This document shows positions 37,834-51,293 of a DNA stretch of 64,000 nucleotides, in pieces. Origin of the DNA: Ruditapes philippinarum (Eukaryota); contig NW_026857798.1 of the NCBI RefSeq assembly GCF_026571515.1, positions 1-64,000 on the forward strand, given 5' to 3'. Below the pieces are notes generated by a model, which worked only from the letters and a program-made list of their open reading frames with translations, searched no databases and was not told where the DNA came from. How positions within the stretch are numbered: the stretch's first letter is position 1; the number at the start of each line of letters is the position of its first letter. The position numbers were made by a program, and so were the translations under genes.

Positions 37834-38302
37834 TTTTTATGCCCCCACAAAGTGGGGAGCATATAGCGTTGCACTTGTCAGTCCGTCCATACCTCTGTCC
37901 GTCCGTACGTCGGTCCGTCCTGAAATCTGGTGAACACAACTCCTCTTAAACCGGATGGCAGATTTTGCTTAAACTTCCAGGGATGAACAACCTTAATGTG
38001 TAGATGATAGTTAAGGAAGGATTTTTTGCTGCGACCAAATTTAACAGAATTATGGCCCTTTGTTGATTTTTTCACTATATACTATGTAGAAATTTTGTGA
38101 ACGCAACTCCTCTTAAACCGGATGGCAGATTTTGCTTAAACTTCCAGGGATGAACAACCTTAATGTGTAGATGATAGTAAAGTAAGGAATTTTTGCTGCG
38201 ACCAAATTTAACACAATTATGGCCCTTTGTTGATTTTTTCACTATATACCATATATATGTTGTCGGTGGGGGCATCCGTGTCCTTTGGACACAGTTCTAG
38301 TT
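37834..38302 (-). mobile_element. HINE-like element family A, two units, ~120 bp upstream of the paralog C ATG
   Basis: Reverse complement of 16455-17085 with one unit fewer; empty site gaccttttttgtggttaaaag at 12521-12541. Confidence 0.88.
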
Positions 38303-38586
38303 TGTGGTTAAAAGTTATGTTTGGAAAATATTCAAGCATTTATACATTGTTCATTTCATATTTTTGATTTGTTTAAATCATGATGAAAGTTGATTTACGG
38401 TTATGTAATTTTTAAGAGTTTTTATGCCCTAACTTCTTGTGGGGATATAGATTTTCTTTTACAAGGGTACAATTTGTCAGACATTTGCCTGAAGTTCAGG
38501 TTTTTTTATACTCCTGAAAGTACTCTTTTTGCATTATTAAACCAATTAAAATAATGCTACATTCAGTATTTTCAGGTTTTCTGATA

Positions 38587-39106
38587 TTTATGCCCCCACA
38601 ATGTGGGAGCATATAGCGTTGCACTTGTCCGTCTGTCTGTCCGTCCGTCTGTACGTCCCGAAATCTTGTGAACGAAACTCCTCTTAAACCCGATGGCAGA
38701 TTTTGCTTAAACTTACAGGGATGAACAACCTTAATGTGTAGATGGTAGTAAAGGAAGGAATTTTTGCTGCCACCAAATTTAACAGAATTATGGCCCTTTG
38801 TTGATTTTTTCACTATATACTATGTAGAAATTTTGTGAACGCAACTCCTCTTAAACCGGATGGCAGAGTTTGCTTAAACTTCCAGGGATGAACAACCTTA
38901 ATGTGTAGATGGCAGTGAAGGAAGGAATTTTTGCTGCAACCAAATTTAACAGAATTATGGCCCTTTGTTGATTTTTTCACTATATACTATGTAGAAATTT
39001 TGTGAATGCAACTCCTCTTAAATCGGATGGCAGATTTTGCTTAAACTTCAAGGGATGAACAACCTTAATGTGTAGATGGTAGTAAAGTAAGGAATTTTTG
39101 CTGCGA
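38587..39106 (-). mobile_element. HINE-like element family A, truncated (about 2.7 units)
   Basis: Same terminus (tttatgcccccacaatgtgggagc), microsatellite and units; lacks the hairpin end. Confidence 0.85.
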
Positions 39107-40150
39107 TATCAGTGTCATTGACTTCCGGTATCATTATAGATTATCTTAGTGATATCCGGATGTTGATTTTGTTAGTAATTATAACCTTAAAACTTACGAG
39201 TACAACTCGAATGATTAACATTTTTTTTGAAAATATTTTGATCTGCTCTGAACCTGAATGTTAAATCCTTAAATTTACATTTTAATTTATACTTATACTG
39301 CTTATAATGTACATGATTTTTTTTTACATTCATTTTTATTTGTTTGTTAAATTTTATATAATAATGCAAAAAATTGTTGGTGTATAAAAAAAGTGTAAAA
39401 TATTGGGCCTAAACATGACATGCAAATAAAGAAATCATTAATGCTTGCATAGTGTACAACAAAAAGTCATTGTTCATAACATTTTTACCGGCAACTTACT
39501 TATGTCACATGTCAACTTGTATGTCTGTGAATGATTGCTCAGTTTAGTGATTTAATCTTGAAATCCTTTAAACAAATTAATTGGTAGTTCCAAAATAAAG
39601 ACTACAACTTGAATTTTTTGTTTGACTTTTAAGTCAAATGTAAAGAAGTTTTAATATTTTACCATATAATTCAGGTCATTATATTTATTCTAGAATTCAA
39701 CTTACTTTAAATAATCGAGATTACATTAACTGAACTTTCTCTAATTCATTATACAGACTTATCTTACAGCGTCTGTACATACAAACATGTATATAAAGAA
39801 TCACTAAAATCTTTTTTTTTAAACTTTAATTCAATTTCTTTTGCAAATTTCTCAGCACCAATTGCGCTTTGTAACACCGCACTTTGGGGTCAAACGCACT
39901 TTGGGGTCCGACCCCAAAGTGCGTTAAACTTCGCACCGCACTTTGGGGTCAAACGCACTTTGGGATCAAAATCGAAAAATTGACCCCAAAGTGCGTTAAT
40001 ATGCTACATATCAACGCACTTTGGGTTCAAGAGGTCTAAAGGTGTCATCTGAGTTCTGCTTAAATACTGAGTACTGACTTATTTTCTATCTGCGACATTG
40101 GAATATTTGAGTTGGAGTTCAAGATGGCGGTCAATACTTTATGATGCTAA

Positions 40151-40797
40151 GGGGGCAGGGGACATATTCGTACTTTGGCCCCGGTGAAATTTATTGATAA
40201 TACAGACATGGTGTTTTGAAGGTGTTGAAAATTGTTTATATTTCTTTGTTGATGTAATTCTTTGTAATTTGTATGTAGGAAATGAGCTAAATTTATATGT
40301 TTGTGTGCGAAACTTAGCCTTCGGTAGCTTTGTATGCATTTTTGACTCTTCAAAAGGAGGCTGAAAAACTGTAAATTTCAGATTGTCATCTGCTACAGAA
40401 CGAGTAAGAAACTTTGATAAAATTTTGCAAAAAATCTAAACGTATGACAGACACTTTGTTTAGCATTTTCATACTTTATGATCATTTTACTATAGAAAAT
40501 TTCTATAATTAAAGACATTAGGCGGATTCTTAAGTGTTATGCGTCTTCATGAAGATTGGGCATATTCCTTTATTTTCAGCCTGATTTTGGATGGGTGGGG
40601 GTAATATTATTTGCTCTCAGATTGTACTATATGGAGCAATGGATGCATTTAGTTATTTTTTTCAATGTTTGTCATATATCCTTGAATACTGCCAAGCAGT
40701 AAGTTTTTCACATGTTTATAAAATCAAAAAAAAATTGGTAATGTGTTTAACGGCCTCACGGAACTAAAAATTGCTCATTTTTAGGTCCCCTGCCCCC
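40151..40797. mobile_element. Kolobok-like MITE nested in the TGT element
   Basis: TIR gggggcaggggac/gtcccctgccccc flanked by ctaa and ttaa. Confidence 0.7.
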
Positions 40798-40865
40798 TTA
40801 AGTGATAAAAGTTTCATTAATGTTACCACTTGAAATATCTAAAAGTTGTGTTCATATAACAAAAT

Positions 40866-41930
40866 TACGGTGGCATAAAAGTGACAGTTGCATTTTTTTT
40901 GTTTTTAGTTCTGTATACATATTTTATTTTAGTTTTGCATACATATTTTTTCAGTTTTGCATTCATATTTTATTTTTGTTTTTCGTACATATGTTATTTT
41001 TGTTTTTCATACATATTTTAGCCAATCAAAACAGCCTTCAAATCTCAGCCCGTAGTTGAGTATAAAACTAGCAGAGTGGTTAGGTCACATTTCGGCCCAT
41101 TTTTGGAATCGGCCCAGTCGTTTTCGGCCGGGCAAGTCTGGTTTCGGCAGACCCTTTTCGGCCCATTTTTTATATTATATGTATTTTATTTAATTATTGT
41201 TTTTTATTATTATATACTGTTATATTAGTGTCTATTTGGAAAGGGCTGTTGATTGGTGATCAGTTATTATTCCATGAATATGCACCACTCAACCATACCC
41301 ATACCATACTTAGGTCAATTCCTTAGCACATTCAGATAATGTACAGAACTTTATGCCAGGTGTGCCGGCTTAAGGTCGGGGTCACAGCTACAGGTCAAAG
41401 GATAAAGACTTGGGTTTCATGTCCGCTCCTTATCTCCGAAACCCTATGAAGGAATTTAAGGCACCTTGTGACAATGTTAACCACAGCGAGACCATATGCA
41501 GAACCTTTCTTTGGGTTACCGCGGATACTAAAAAATGAAAATGTTGGTATTTGCAAATGGCATTTGCAAATGGGGTACTGTAATTTACAGATGGCAAGTG
41601 TTTGAAAATGGTGTTTAACAAATGGTGTAATTATCCAAACCTCTACTTTGCAAATGGCGTCATGTAAAAATATGTACGAAAAAACAAAAATAAAATATGT
41701 ACAAAAAAACTAAAATAAAATATGTATGCTAACTACAAAAGAATATGTATGCAAAACTAAAATAAAATATGTATGCAAACTAAAAAAAGAATATGTTTGC
41801 AAAACTAAAAAAAAGTATGTATTCAAAACTACATGTAAAAAAATATCTACGGCAATCAAACAAAAATATGTACGAAAAACAAAAAAAAAAAGTATAAAAA
41901 AAATACAAATGTCACTTTTATGCCACCGTT
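40866..41930. mobile_element. IS3EU-like non-autonomous element nested in the TGT element
   Basis: TIR tacggtggcataaaagtgaca/tgtcacttttatgccaccgtt; 6-bp TSD CAAAAT at 40860-40865 and 41931-41936; inverted subterminal ~23-bp arrays (gcaaaactaaaataaaatatgtat). Confidence 0.82.
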
Positions 41931-44900
41931 CAAAATACTCTAGTACAGAAATTGTGTATTCCTAGAATTAAAAGATGCTGCGAAAAGTATCCCGTTCTGT
42001 CGGTCATTTACTTGATAACTTTTGGTGCCATATTGAGCCCCATTTTAAATATGTTGGAAATGAAAAAAATGCAAAAGAGCAAACATGAATTTTATAATGT
42101 TAAAATAATGGTATCTGAGAAATGTAAGATGCTTGTTACCTGAATAAAGTAGCGATAACTGTGATATTATTCGTCATAAAAGAAACGAACACTGTAGTAT
42201 TTTACTTCCATATAAAACACTAATTCACTATAACTGTACTCATCATTGCCAAAAAGCAACAGATGAAAAAGATGGTTCAGGTAAATGGCCAATGTGTATT
42301 TTTTGGATAATAAAGAAGAACATCAAAATAAAAAAAGCTTTTAAGAAAAACAAATAAAAGCATAATGTGCCTTTAAAACGTTATTCTTAACCCTCGGGGG
42401 ATCAATACCCCACAATCCCTTCTATACCCCCAAAGAGAATTTTACATTATTCTGAAGCTCCGCTCTTAATGTGCGACTACTTAAATAATTGATATTTTTA
42501 GTACTGCCTGTACGGACTACGTGTACTACTTAAAGCCGCATCTTCACCTAGTCAAGTTTCTTATATGTCACATTTAGCTAAATAAATGGCTCTTTCAACA
42601 TACTATCAGGCACATTTTTTACTGAAATGTCTTACTAAGATTTCCCAGAATTTATACCTTTGTCTATGCTAAGACTATCATATTTCTTATAAATGTGTAA
42701 ATAATAAACGGGAAAATAATGCATTTAGCTAAAAACAATGGAGTTAATGAAAGGTGTACATTATTTTAAAATAAAAGGAAAGTTTGAGAAAAAATATTTT
42801 AAGCTTAATAATTGATACAAATTCTTTATTTGGTGATTTATTTGGTGAAAGTTCTTCACTTACTAATCAAGATCATTTAAATCCCTATTGATTCTACTAT
42901 AATTCAGGGCACATGTTTGTGTCTATTTTATGCCTTGATTTTTATGTTTACCATTGGCTTTGACTACAATATATTATTTAAAACATAATGAACTTTAATT
43001 TTCTATGACCCTAAAGTGCGGTCGTTTGCCTGATGTTAAAAAATGCATATGTACCAGTTTAACGCACTTTGGGGTCGAAATTGGACCCCAAAGTGCGTAA
43101 CGCACTATGGGGTCGGACCCCAAAGTACGTAACGCACTTTGGGGTCGGACCCCAAAGTGCGTTTGACCCCAAAGTGCGGTGTTACAGCGCTTGTTTAACA
43201 TGGATTTTTCTTTTATTTTGTTAAATCACAACCGAGCAATAATGTATTATTTTTACGTTTATTTTATTTTTTTTGTGGTATTATATACAATTTTTCTTGT
43301 TTTCTTGTTATGCCTTGGTATCCATACACACATATATACCTCAAAAGTGTGCACGTAAATCACGTGCATTAAGTACTGGTTGGTTTATTTTGTAGTTTTA
43401 ATATATGTGCCATATGTGTAATTTATCTCTTTTATTTTTATATAGTATGACTTATCTGTACTTTTTGGCTGTACAAGTCACATGTGTGAAGAAGTGCTAT
43501 TTTGCTGACGTCATATTCCATCTGAAAATGATCGTATTGCTCGAATGTTTTAATATCTGACAAGTAATATTAGAAACTTTTTCAATTTCTGATTTGGCAA
43601 CTTCATTTATGCATTTCATATAAAGTACCGATTGATACTGTACATGTACCTGTTTTCACATTAATACTATTCTTTAGAAAGATTTGATTCTATGCAGACA
43701 TTTTGTTTGTAGTTGTGAATCCTTTTTAACGAGAGTGATGATATTACGGACTTGCCAATGTCATCTGTAAAGCTGTACAGCTTTGCCAGCCTGCTTTTTC
43801 CTCGATTTTTGACCAGCCTCTTTACTTTATCTTGCCACTTTATTTTTAGCATTTTGTTTTCAAAATCATCCCTAAAACTAGCAATGAGCTGATCAAAATC
43901 TTCCTAGCAACGCTAAATATCTTAAATGGAATTGCTCAGATCTTTCGATCTGGACTAAACAATCCATCTTGTTTGTTTGTTATTTTTTTTAAAATAAATT
44001 TAACCTTTTAGATGAAATTTTTTAACCATAAGTCAAACTGAGACAAACAATTTATTTAGTACAAATGCTTCTATCTCATTTGCCGGCTGAATATAGAATC
44101 AATTCAATTTTTGCTTAATACATTTGGATATTTTCAATGTCGAGATATACTATAAGTTTGCATAGTAGAGTATATAAAATCTGGGATCAAGTTGTATTAC
44201 AGTTGTTATTTTGGTCCAAGATTTGAACATTGAATATTTGTTAGAAACCCTGAATTTAAAATCAAATTGACTATTTAAATACTGGAAGCAATTTTTATGT
44301 TCTTATCTCAACTTACTTCACATATTGTATGTTACCAAAAAGTTGTCCTAGTTTTAATAAATCAATGTTTTTTTATGTCAGTTCTTTAACTATATAAACA
44401 AATTCAGCTCATTTGTAAAAAATACATGTTTTTATACGTATCTATATATTTTTATTATATTGTATTGCTATATTAAATATAATATCATATTACAGAGTTG
44501 GTCATCTTTGTTTAAAATTAATTATATTAAAAGCCATGTTACACAATTGTTCCTAGTCCTCAAAACATGTATGAAAAGATTGCAATACCCTACAACAGTA
44601 CAAAAGCTTAAGTTTTCAAAAGTTTCTATCAGTAACCAATTTAACAAGAGCACTGCAGGCGATGGAAATGCTTGTCTTTGAAAAAAGGAGCATGAATCTA
44701 AAAATATAGCATACATAGTTTCATATCAATACCTTTAAAATTGTTAACGAACTACATTAAAATGTTTTCATGACGACAATGACAACGACACAGTGATCAT
44801 AAGTCTTCGAAACGGGCGAGCTCAACCCCCCCCCCTTATTCATGCATTTTTGCCTGGGGGTGTTTTATGATGAATATATGAGAACACAGTTATATGCTTC

Positions 44901-44959
44901 AAATGTGAAATGTCAAAATCAATACACTGTGGACAGGCACTCTTAAGCATTTGAGCAGA

Positions 44960-45582
44960 CAAGTTTAATGTAGTTAAAACCCCTGTGACCTTGATATAGA
45001 CACAGTCACCTAAAAATTAATAGGGGTCATCTTCTAGTCATAACCAACCTCAAAAGCAAATATGAAGACTGTTGACCAAATTATTCTTCAGCAATTGAAC
45101 AGAGAAGCTTTCTGAACTAAAGGCCCCTGTGACCTTGACATTTTGACCCAGTGACTTCAAAATCGATAGTCGTCATGATCAACCTCGATGCCAAACATGT
45201 AAACTGTTGGTCAAAGGAGTCTTTAGTTATTTGGCTGAATAACTTTTTTGAAATCAAGGCCTCTGTGACCTTAGACCAAATTACCTAAAACTCGAAAGGG
45301 GTCACCTTATGGCCATGCCAAATATGACCTGTGGGTTAAAGGATTATTAAGTTATTAAGGCCGACAACCTTTTTTTAGTCAAGGCCCCTGTGACCTTTGA
45401 CCTAGTGACCTCAAAATCGATAGGGTCATCTACCAAAAATGACCAATCTCAATACTTAATATAAGACTGTGGATCAAAGGAATCTTAAGTTATTGGACGG
45501 ACAAGGAAAAACCGACAGACGGCCAGGCGGCTGGATGGCCGGACAGACATGCTGATTCCAGTATTTGTTGTGCGGGGTATAA
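44960..45582 (+). repeat. Tandem-repeat (HINE-like) element, ggcccctgtgaccttgac units
   Basis: About four ~130-bp units, then a (GACG/GGCC)-type microsatellite and gcggggtataat terminus. Confidence 0.65.
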
Positions 45583-46010
45583 TTGTAACATTTAAAAAAA
45601 TGAAAAAAACTTTCTATATTTTATTTAACAAGTACCTTAAAATATGCTAGAGCTGCTGAGTTATCTTTTGTAATCATCAAATGCATTGTTTATATTTTAT
45701 GATACAATACCTGTCCTGCTCCAAAGATTTTGTACGATAAATCGCTTTAACACAACACTCAAATAATTCCGATTATATCAATAAAAAAATTTTGTTAGTT
45801 TTTTTTGTAATGGTTATTTTCCTCTTTTTTTTGTTTATAAAATTCAAAACATTAATGCTTATGCATAGAATATATTGTAATATACATTTAAAGAGGACCA
45901 AAAGATTTCTTTAAGGATTCAACAAAGATGATCAAGATAATAATTCTATTGTATCTGACCGATGTTGTAAAATATTATTAATGCCAGATCTATTTTAAAT
46001 ATAAATTTAA

Positions 46011-47200
46011 AACAAGAGCAACATTGTCGCAAAATACGGACGTCACAAAAGCTTTTGACACAGATGTTTTGATTATAGATGCACATAAGAGATATGCTCT
46101 GGGATATTTTATCATCTTCGTAACACTTGTGCCAAGCTACATTTAAATCCCCCAATGAATGTAGAAGTTCGGCTCCGCAAATTTTTTCATGATTCTAAGT
46201 GTGACGTTAAACTTTGATCAATTGACCTGGTTAATACACGTGCCACTGCTTATTATAGAAGTGAACATTTCTATGATTTCTATGATGCTTCATTTAAATC
46301 CCACAATGCGCTGAGGAGATATGCCCTGGACAAAATTTATATATCTTATCACTTTAAGTGACCTTGACCTTGCATAAATTAACTTAAATTACATGTTTCA
46401 CACCAGTAGTTATGACCATTTGTGTTTCAATCCCACAATAAATGATAACTTTATGGTCCAAATACACATTCTCATATTTTCATCTGAACTTTGACCCTAT
46501 GTGTGACCTTGACCTTGGCTGATGGGTCCTAAATTTTGCTTGCGACAATTTGCCTTACAATGGTGAATATTTGTCCAAGTTATATTAAACTTCTTCTATG
46601 TATGTATAAGTTCTGCTCCGCAGAAGTGTTTTTCAATGACTTCTAAGTATGACCTTGACCTTTGACCTAGTTTATGCGCATGACAATGCTACTCATTGTG
46701 GTGAATATATGTATGAAGTTTCATTTGAATCTCTCTATATGTGGAGGAGATATGCTCTGGACAAAATCTCTATATTTTATCATCTTTAATGACCTTGACT
46801 ATTAACTTTAGTGACCTCAACCTCGCATATATTAACCTGAATCACATGTTTAACACCAGTTGTCATGATACTGACCATTTGTGTTTCAATCTCTCAATAA
46901 ATGATGACTAAATGGTCCGAATATATATTTTCATATTTTTATTTTAACTAATATGTCACCTTGGCCCTGATCACAGGTACCTAAATGTTGTGACACGTGG
47001 TCTCAAAATGGTCAACATTTGTGCCAAGTTATATTGAAACAAGTTTTTTCAAATGATCTATAAGTGTGACCTTGCCCTTTAACCTAGAGACCTGGTCCAT
47101 GTGCGCGACACAGCTTCTCATAGTGGTGAACATATCTGTGAAGTTTCATTAAAATTCCTCCATGCGTGTAGGAGATATGCTCCGGACAAAATTTTGACAC
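46011..47200 (+). repeat. Degenerate tandem-repeat element with ~420-bp higher-order period
   Basis: aaacaagagc start; ggagatatgc..tggacaaaat recurs at ~46315, 46746, 47171. Confidence 0.6.
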
Positions 47201-48138
47201 ATTCTGTGTTAGACCAAAAAGGTGTGATTTTTAATATACCGTCAAACCTGTCAACAAAGGCCACCAAGGGAAGACTGTAAAAGTGGTATTTGTTCACAGT
47301 GGCCTTTTGTTCAGGGGACAATAACATTTTGTTTGATGAGTAAATTTGTTTAAATCATGTTTTCTAAAATTTTAATTATTAAAAAATACAATACTTCTGC
47401 CGATGGAACTAGTTCGAGAGTTTGATCAATCAAGAGTTTGAGTGAAAAAAAGTTATACGGCGTGGCTGGTATCTTTTGAGAAACGTACAAGTTAAGAGTA
47501 TACAGTCAAACTTGTGTTAAAGATCACCTCTGAATGAAGACCCGTTTTAAACAACCTTTTTGTATAAGCAGGTAACCTCGAAATGAAGAGTCCACTTGTC
47601 TGTAAAAACCAATTGTTTGGTCTCTCAATCTATGTTCACAGATATGACTTTATCTCTATATACAGTGCAACCTGAGCAAAGTTGACCTCTTCAAAGCAAA
47701 TACCATTTTACAAACTCTAAACTAAGACTGAAGAGGGTGTTGCTCAGCAGAGGTTGTACTGTATTTTACAAATCTCAATCACTTCTGAGATAACACACTC
47801 ACCCTACTTATTATGCACATAATCATATATGAGTTTTTATTTCTAGATCATATCTAGTCTAGTGATGACTTTAAAGACTGACCAGTATTACTGATAAGTC
47901 AATTTGCTCCCTCTATATGTGATCTTAAAATTGATAGTAGTTGATAAATATTGATCAAACTTCAACTTCTTTATGTAAGTCTTATTAAGTTTTCCAATTA
48001 AGTCCACCAATTAAATACCATCATAAAACCACCATAACAATGTGAAGCTGGAAAAAATGTTTAAAATACAAGTTGGGAAGGAAAGTCTTAATCATTCTGT
48101 TTTCAATGCTGTAACTCAATGATTTAAACCACTTATAT

Positions 48139-49210
48139 ACAAGAAAAGCATTGATGCAAAGCATAAAAGGGCGTCCAAGCAAGAAATGCAGCAAGTGAAG
48201 ATGAACTAGAATACATCTGATAACCAGATATTCTTATAAACTTTTCAGTGGTTAATTGGTTTTAACCAGTATTGTATATCATTTATGAAATGGCGGACGA
48301 AAGACATTGTTCATCATGAACTTTGGTAGGTATGCTAGAGATTTGAATATTAAATGTTTTTCCATAGGAACTTTAATTCTATCAATATTAACGTTAATAT
48401 CCAAAATATACAGGTCTATAATATCCAAAATATACCCTCATATGGTTTAAGTTTATTTATTCTATATAGGGGGGATTATTGGATATTATCATTAATACTG
48501 GTTATTTGATAGAATTTCAAGTTCATGTGGTCTTTTCTTTGAAACATACAAAATAATAGTCTGTAATGAACAAAGTCTGTTAATTGATTTATTTGGGAGG
48601 TCAATCTAGTGTTTTAATGAATAACTTCAAAAACCTCGTCTGACCTATCAGAGTGTTTACATTCCTATCAATACAAATCATGTTAAAATTGCAGACGAAA
48701 AATGATAATCCTATGATATAACAATTCGAAAAAAATGCCTACTGAAAGAGTGCAATTGATTGTTTTAACATTTCCTGCAAAATTCTCCAGTTCGTGATTT
48801 AATAACATAGAGCGACACAAATGACCGTGTCGGTAAACTTAAACTACTTTTATAAATAAATTTTCGGACTTTCACAATGTTATGGTCATTGCATCATTCT
48901 GTTTATAGGTATAGTAATAACAAACACAATAACCCACTGTGCAGCTGTGTACTACAAAATGATTTATAAAAATACCGAAGAGCGCGATTAATTGACGGAT
49001 GAGATAATATCATTTGAATATGTTTACATTGCGAAATTATCCAGTTCGCTATTTATTGTACATATTGCAACATTTCATTTTCAAACATCTCATACCAATC
49101 GGAATGTTCGACTATTATGGTCGACTAAGAAGCCTGAGAAGTTGCATTTGCCTTTTCACAAAAACTTATTTCATTCAATAAGGGGCGTCGCGCTTCAGCG
49201 CCGACGCCAA
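48139..49210 (+). mobile_element. ~1.07-kb Helentron-like insertion
   Basis: Absent from the paralogous site at ~8085-8115; 3' hairpin ggcgtcgcgcttcagcgccgacgcc; aagggcgtc near the 5' end. Confidence 0.65.
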
Positions 49211-50412
49211 TCATTTCTCAATACAGTTTATAATTGTCCTACTTAACTAGGTCAACATAAAGTTTAAACATTTACACACCGATAAACTAGCGGAGATAAC
49301 ATTTTCAATTTTTAGCATGGTTTAAATTTCAAAATCGGGATTTTATTTAAATTCTGACCAATTAACATACTGATTGACAATCACAAAACAAAAATACACA
49401 CTAAATTAGCTAAATGAACAATTGATATCTATTCAGTTTAAGCTTGTAACTTTGTGTTGTAACACAAGGAAGTAAATATCAATTTTAAATTCCATGTATC
49501 CAATAAATAAAAAAACCAGCAAAATATTTACATTAGAAACCTGTGAAACAATTTGAGGATTACAATTTCAAGGTACAATATGTTTTTTAATAAATATCTT
49601 AATGTCTACAAAAATGACTCTCTTATTAGGGAAACAAGTGATTATTTATTTCATTTTTAAGAAAGTTAAATATACACATATTTTGATACACAAAGTCATG
49701 GTATTGAAAAACTTCTGGACAGAGCACTCCGCTTTTCTCATTGCTGTATTATAAATATAACTTAGAAAAGAAAGGATATTATTATGCAAATGTGATTAGC
49801 AGAATTACTTGTCCTTAATAGTCTACAAGAATTTCAATTTTAAATTGATAACATTTTTTGTTATAAAATAATTTTAGGATGATCTGCCCTTTTGAAAATT
49901 AATGGTGTCCTTTCATGACAATAAACAAGTACACCAAGTTTGAAGTGAATAATAACTTATTATATTTGCTTAAAAAAATAGACCTTTACAAAAAGGTTTA
50001 CCGATCTCCACCTCAATCTTAATGCTGACAAGAGGGTTATGACAAAAACTCCACTTTTTTCTTTGAAAAGAGAAACTAACAATGTGCACGTTCTAACAAT
50101 GTATATTTTGTTTTTCTGTACATATGTTTTGTATGGGTGGATACTTTAAAATTAGATATGGTATTGTTCATTCTTCATTTTTAAAAATTAAAATTATGTA
50201 TGTATTACTCTTTAAAGCATCACGTGTGTGTACATTTATAACTTTAACCTTAATAAAAATACTGTTTGCACTAGATCTTTATTAGCCCCTAACCTTCTGA
50301 ACTCACGGTCCACTGTCTTGAACAGTCCACTATCAATTTTGTTAATAGATACTGAACATGACTAGTTACAAGTCTGAGGCCATAGAGCCACTGGGTTGTG
50401 AAGTTATTATTC

Positions 50413-51293
50413 AACAAGAGCTGTCACAGGAGACAGCGAAGCTCGACTAATAAAATACTGGACGCAGTAAGGAGGACAGAACTATGAAAGAAACATCAAT
50501 TATTTATAATTATGTATTAAGTTATAGTAAAAAAATAACATTTGTTAACATTAATTCCAAGATCAAGGGGAATAATTCTAGAAATAGTCATGCTAGAGTT
50601 ATGGACCTTGTCACACAGCATTTGTGTAATGATAAGAAATATATATTTGAAGTTTGAAGTAGATACCTATAAAAGTAAAGAAGTTATAATATTTCTTAAA
50701 GAAAATCCTAAGTTCAAAGAGAGATAAATCTGTAAATATTGCTTCAAGAGTTATGAACATTGTCATATAAAATGTAATTGATGATAAGGAATAAGTATTT
50801 GAAGTTTGAGGTAGATACCTTTAAAAATAAAAATGTTATAATAAAAATAACATTTTTCTATTAAAAAAATCTAAGTTTATGGGGAGATAATTCTTGCAAT
50901 ATTGGTGCTAGAGTTATAAACCTTGTCACATAAGATGGGGATGATGATAACGTAAATATATTTGAAGTATGAGGTTGATCCCTTAAGAAATAAAGAAGTA
51001 ACAGTAAAAAATAGTATTTTTTAAGGAAAATTCTAAGTTCAAGGGGAGATAAATCTGAAAATATTGGTGCTAGAGTTATGAACCTTGTCACATAAGATGT
51101 GGTTGATGATAAGGAAGATATATTTGAAGTTTGAAGTTGATACCTTAAGGAATGACAAAGTTATAGTGAAAAATATTTTACTGCACCAAAACTTTAATCT
51201 AAAATCTGGACGCGGACGTGGACGCCGACGTGAACGCCGACGCCGGGACGAGTAGTACAGCTCCCCATGTGCTTCGTATAGTTGAGCTAAAAA
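50413..51293 (+). mobile_element. HINE-like element with ~155-165 bp tandem array
   Basis: aacaagagctgtcacaggagacagc hairpin end; four gctagagttatgaaccttgtcaca units; (GACGCC)n; gagctaaaaa terminus. Confidence 0.8.

Larger units (their letters stand above)
39870..43186. mobile_element. 3.3-kb non-autonomous TIR transposon, TGT...ACA ends, 6-bp TSD
   Basis: ~57-bp TIR tgtaacaccgcactttggggtcaaacgcactttggggtccgaccccaaagtgcgtta; TSD GCGCTT at 39864-39869 and 43187-43192; multiple subterminal cgcactttggggtc motifs in both orientations. Confidence 0.92.

Noticed and set aside
37878-38813. Three similar 65-105 aa ORFs (KKSTKGHNSVKFG...) resembling a peptide gene family
   Set aside because: Translations of the 168-bp tandem unit of a non-coding HINE-like element.
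39870-40030. Short palindromic repeats (cgcactttggggtc) resembling a CRISPR array or iterons
   Set aside because: No unique constant-length spacers, no cas genes, eukaryotic context; they are the TIR/subterminal motifs of a transposon mirrored at ~43010-43186.
43648-43970. Possible leader exon of paralog C (minus-strand cag|gtacat donor, 61-aa ORF)
   Set aside because: No homologous segment seen upstream of the other paralogs and no recognisable domain; unsupported without transcripts.
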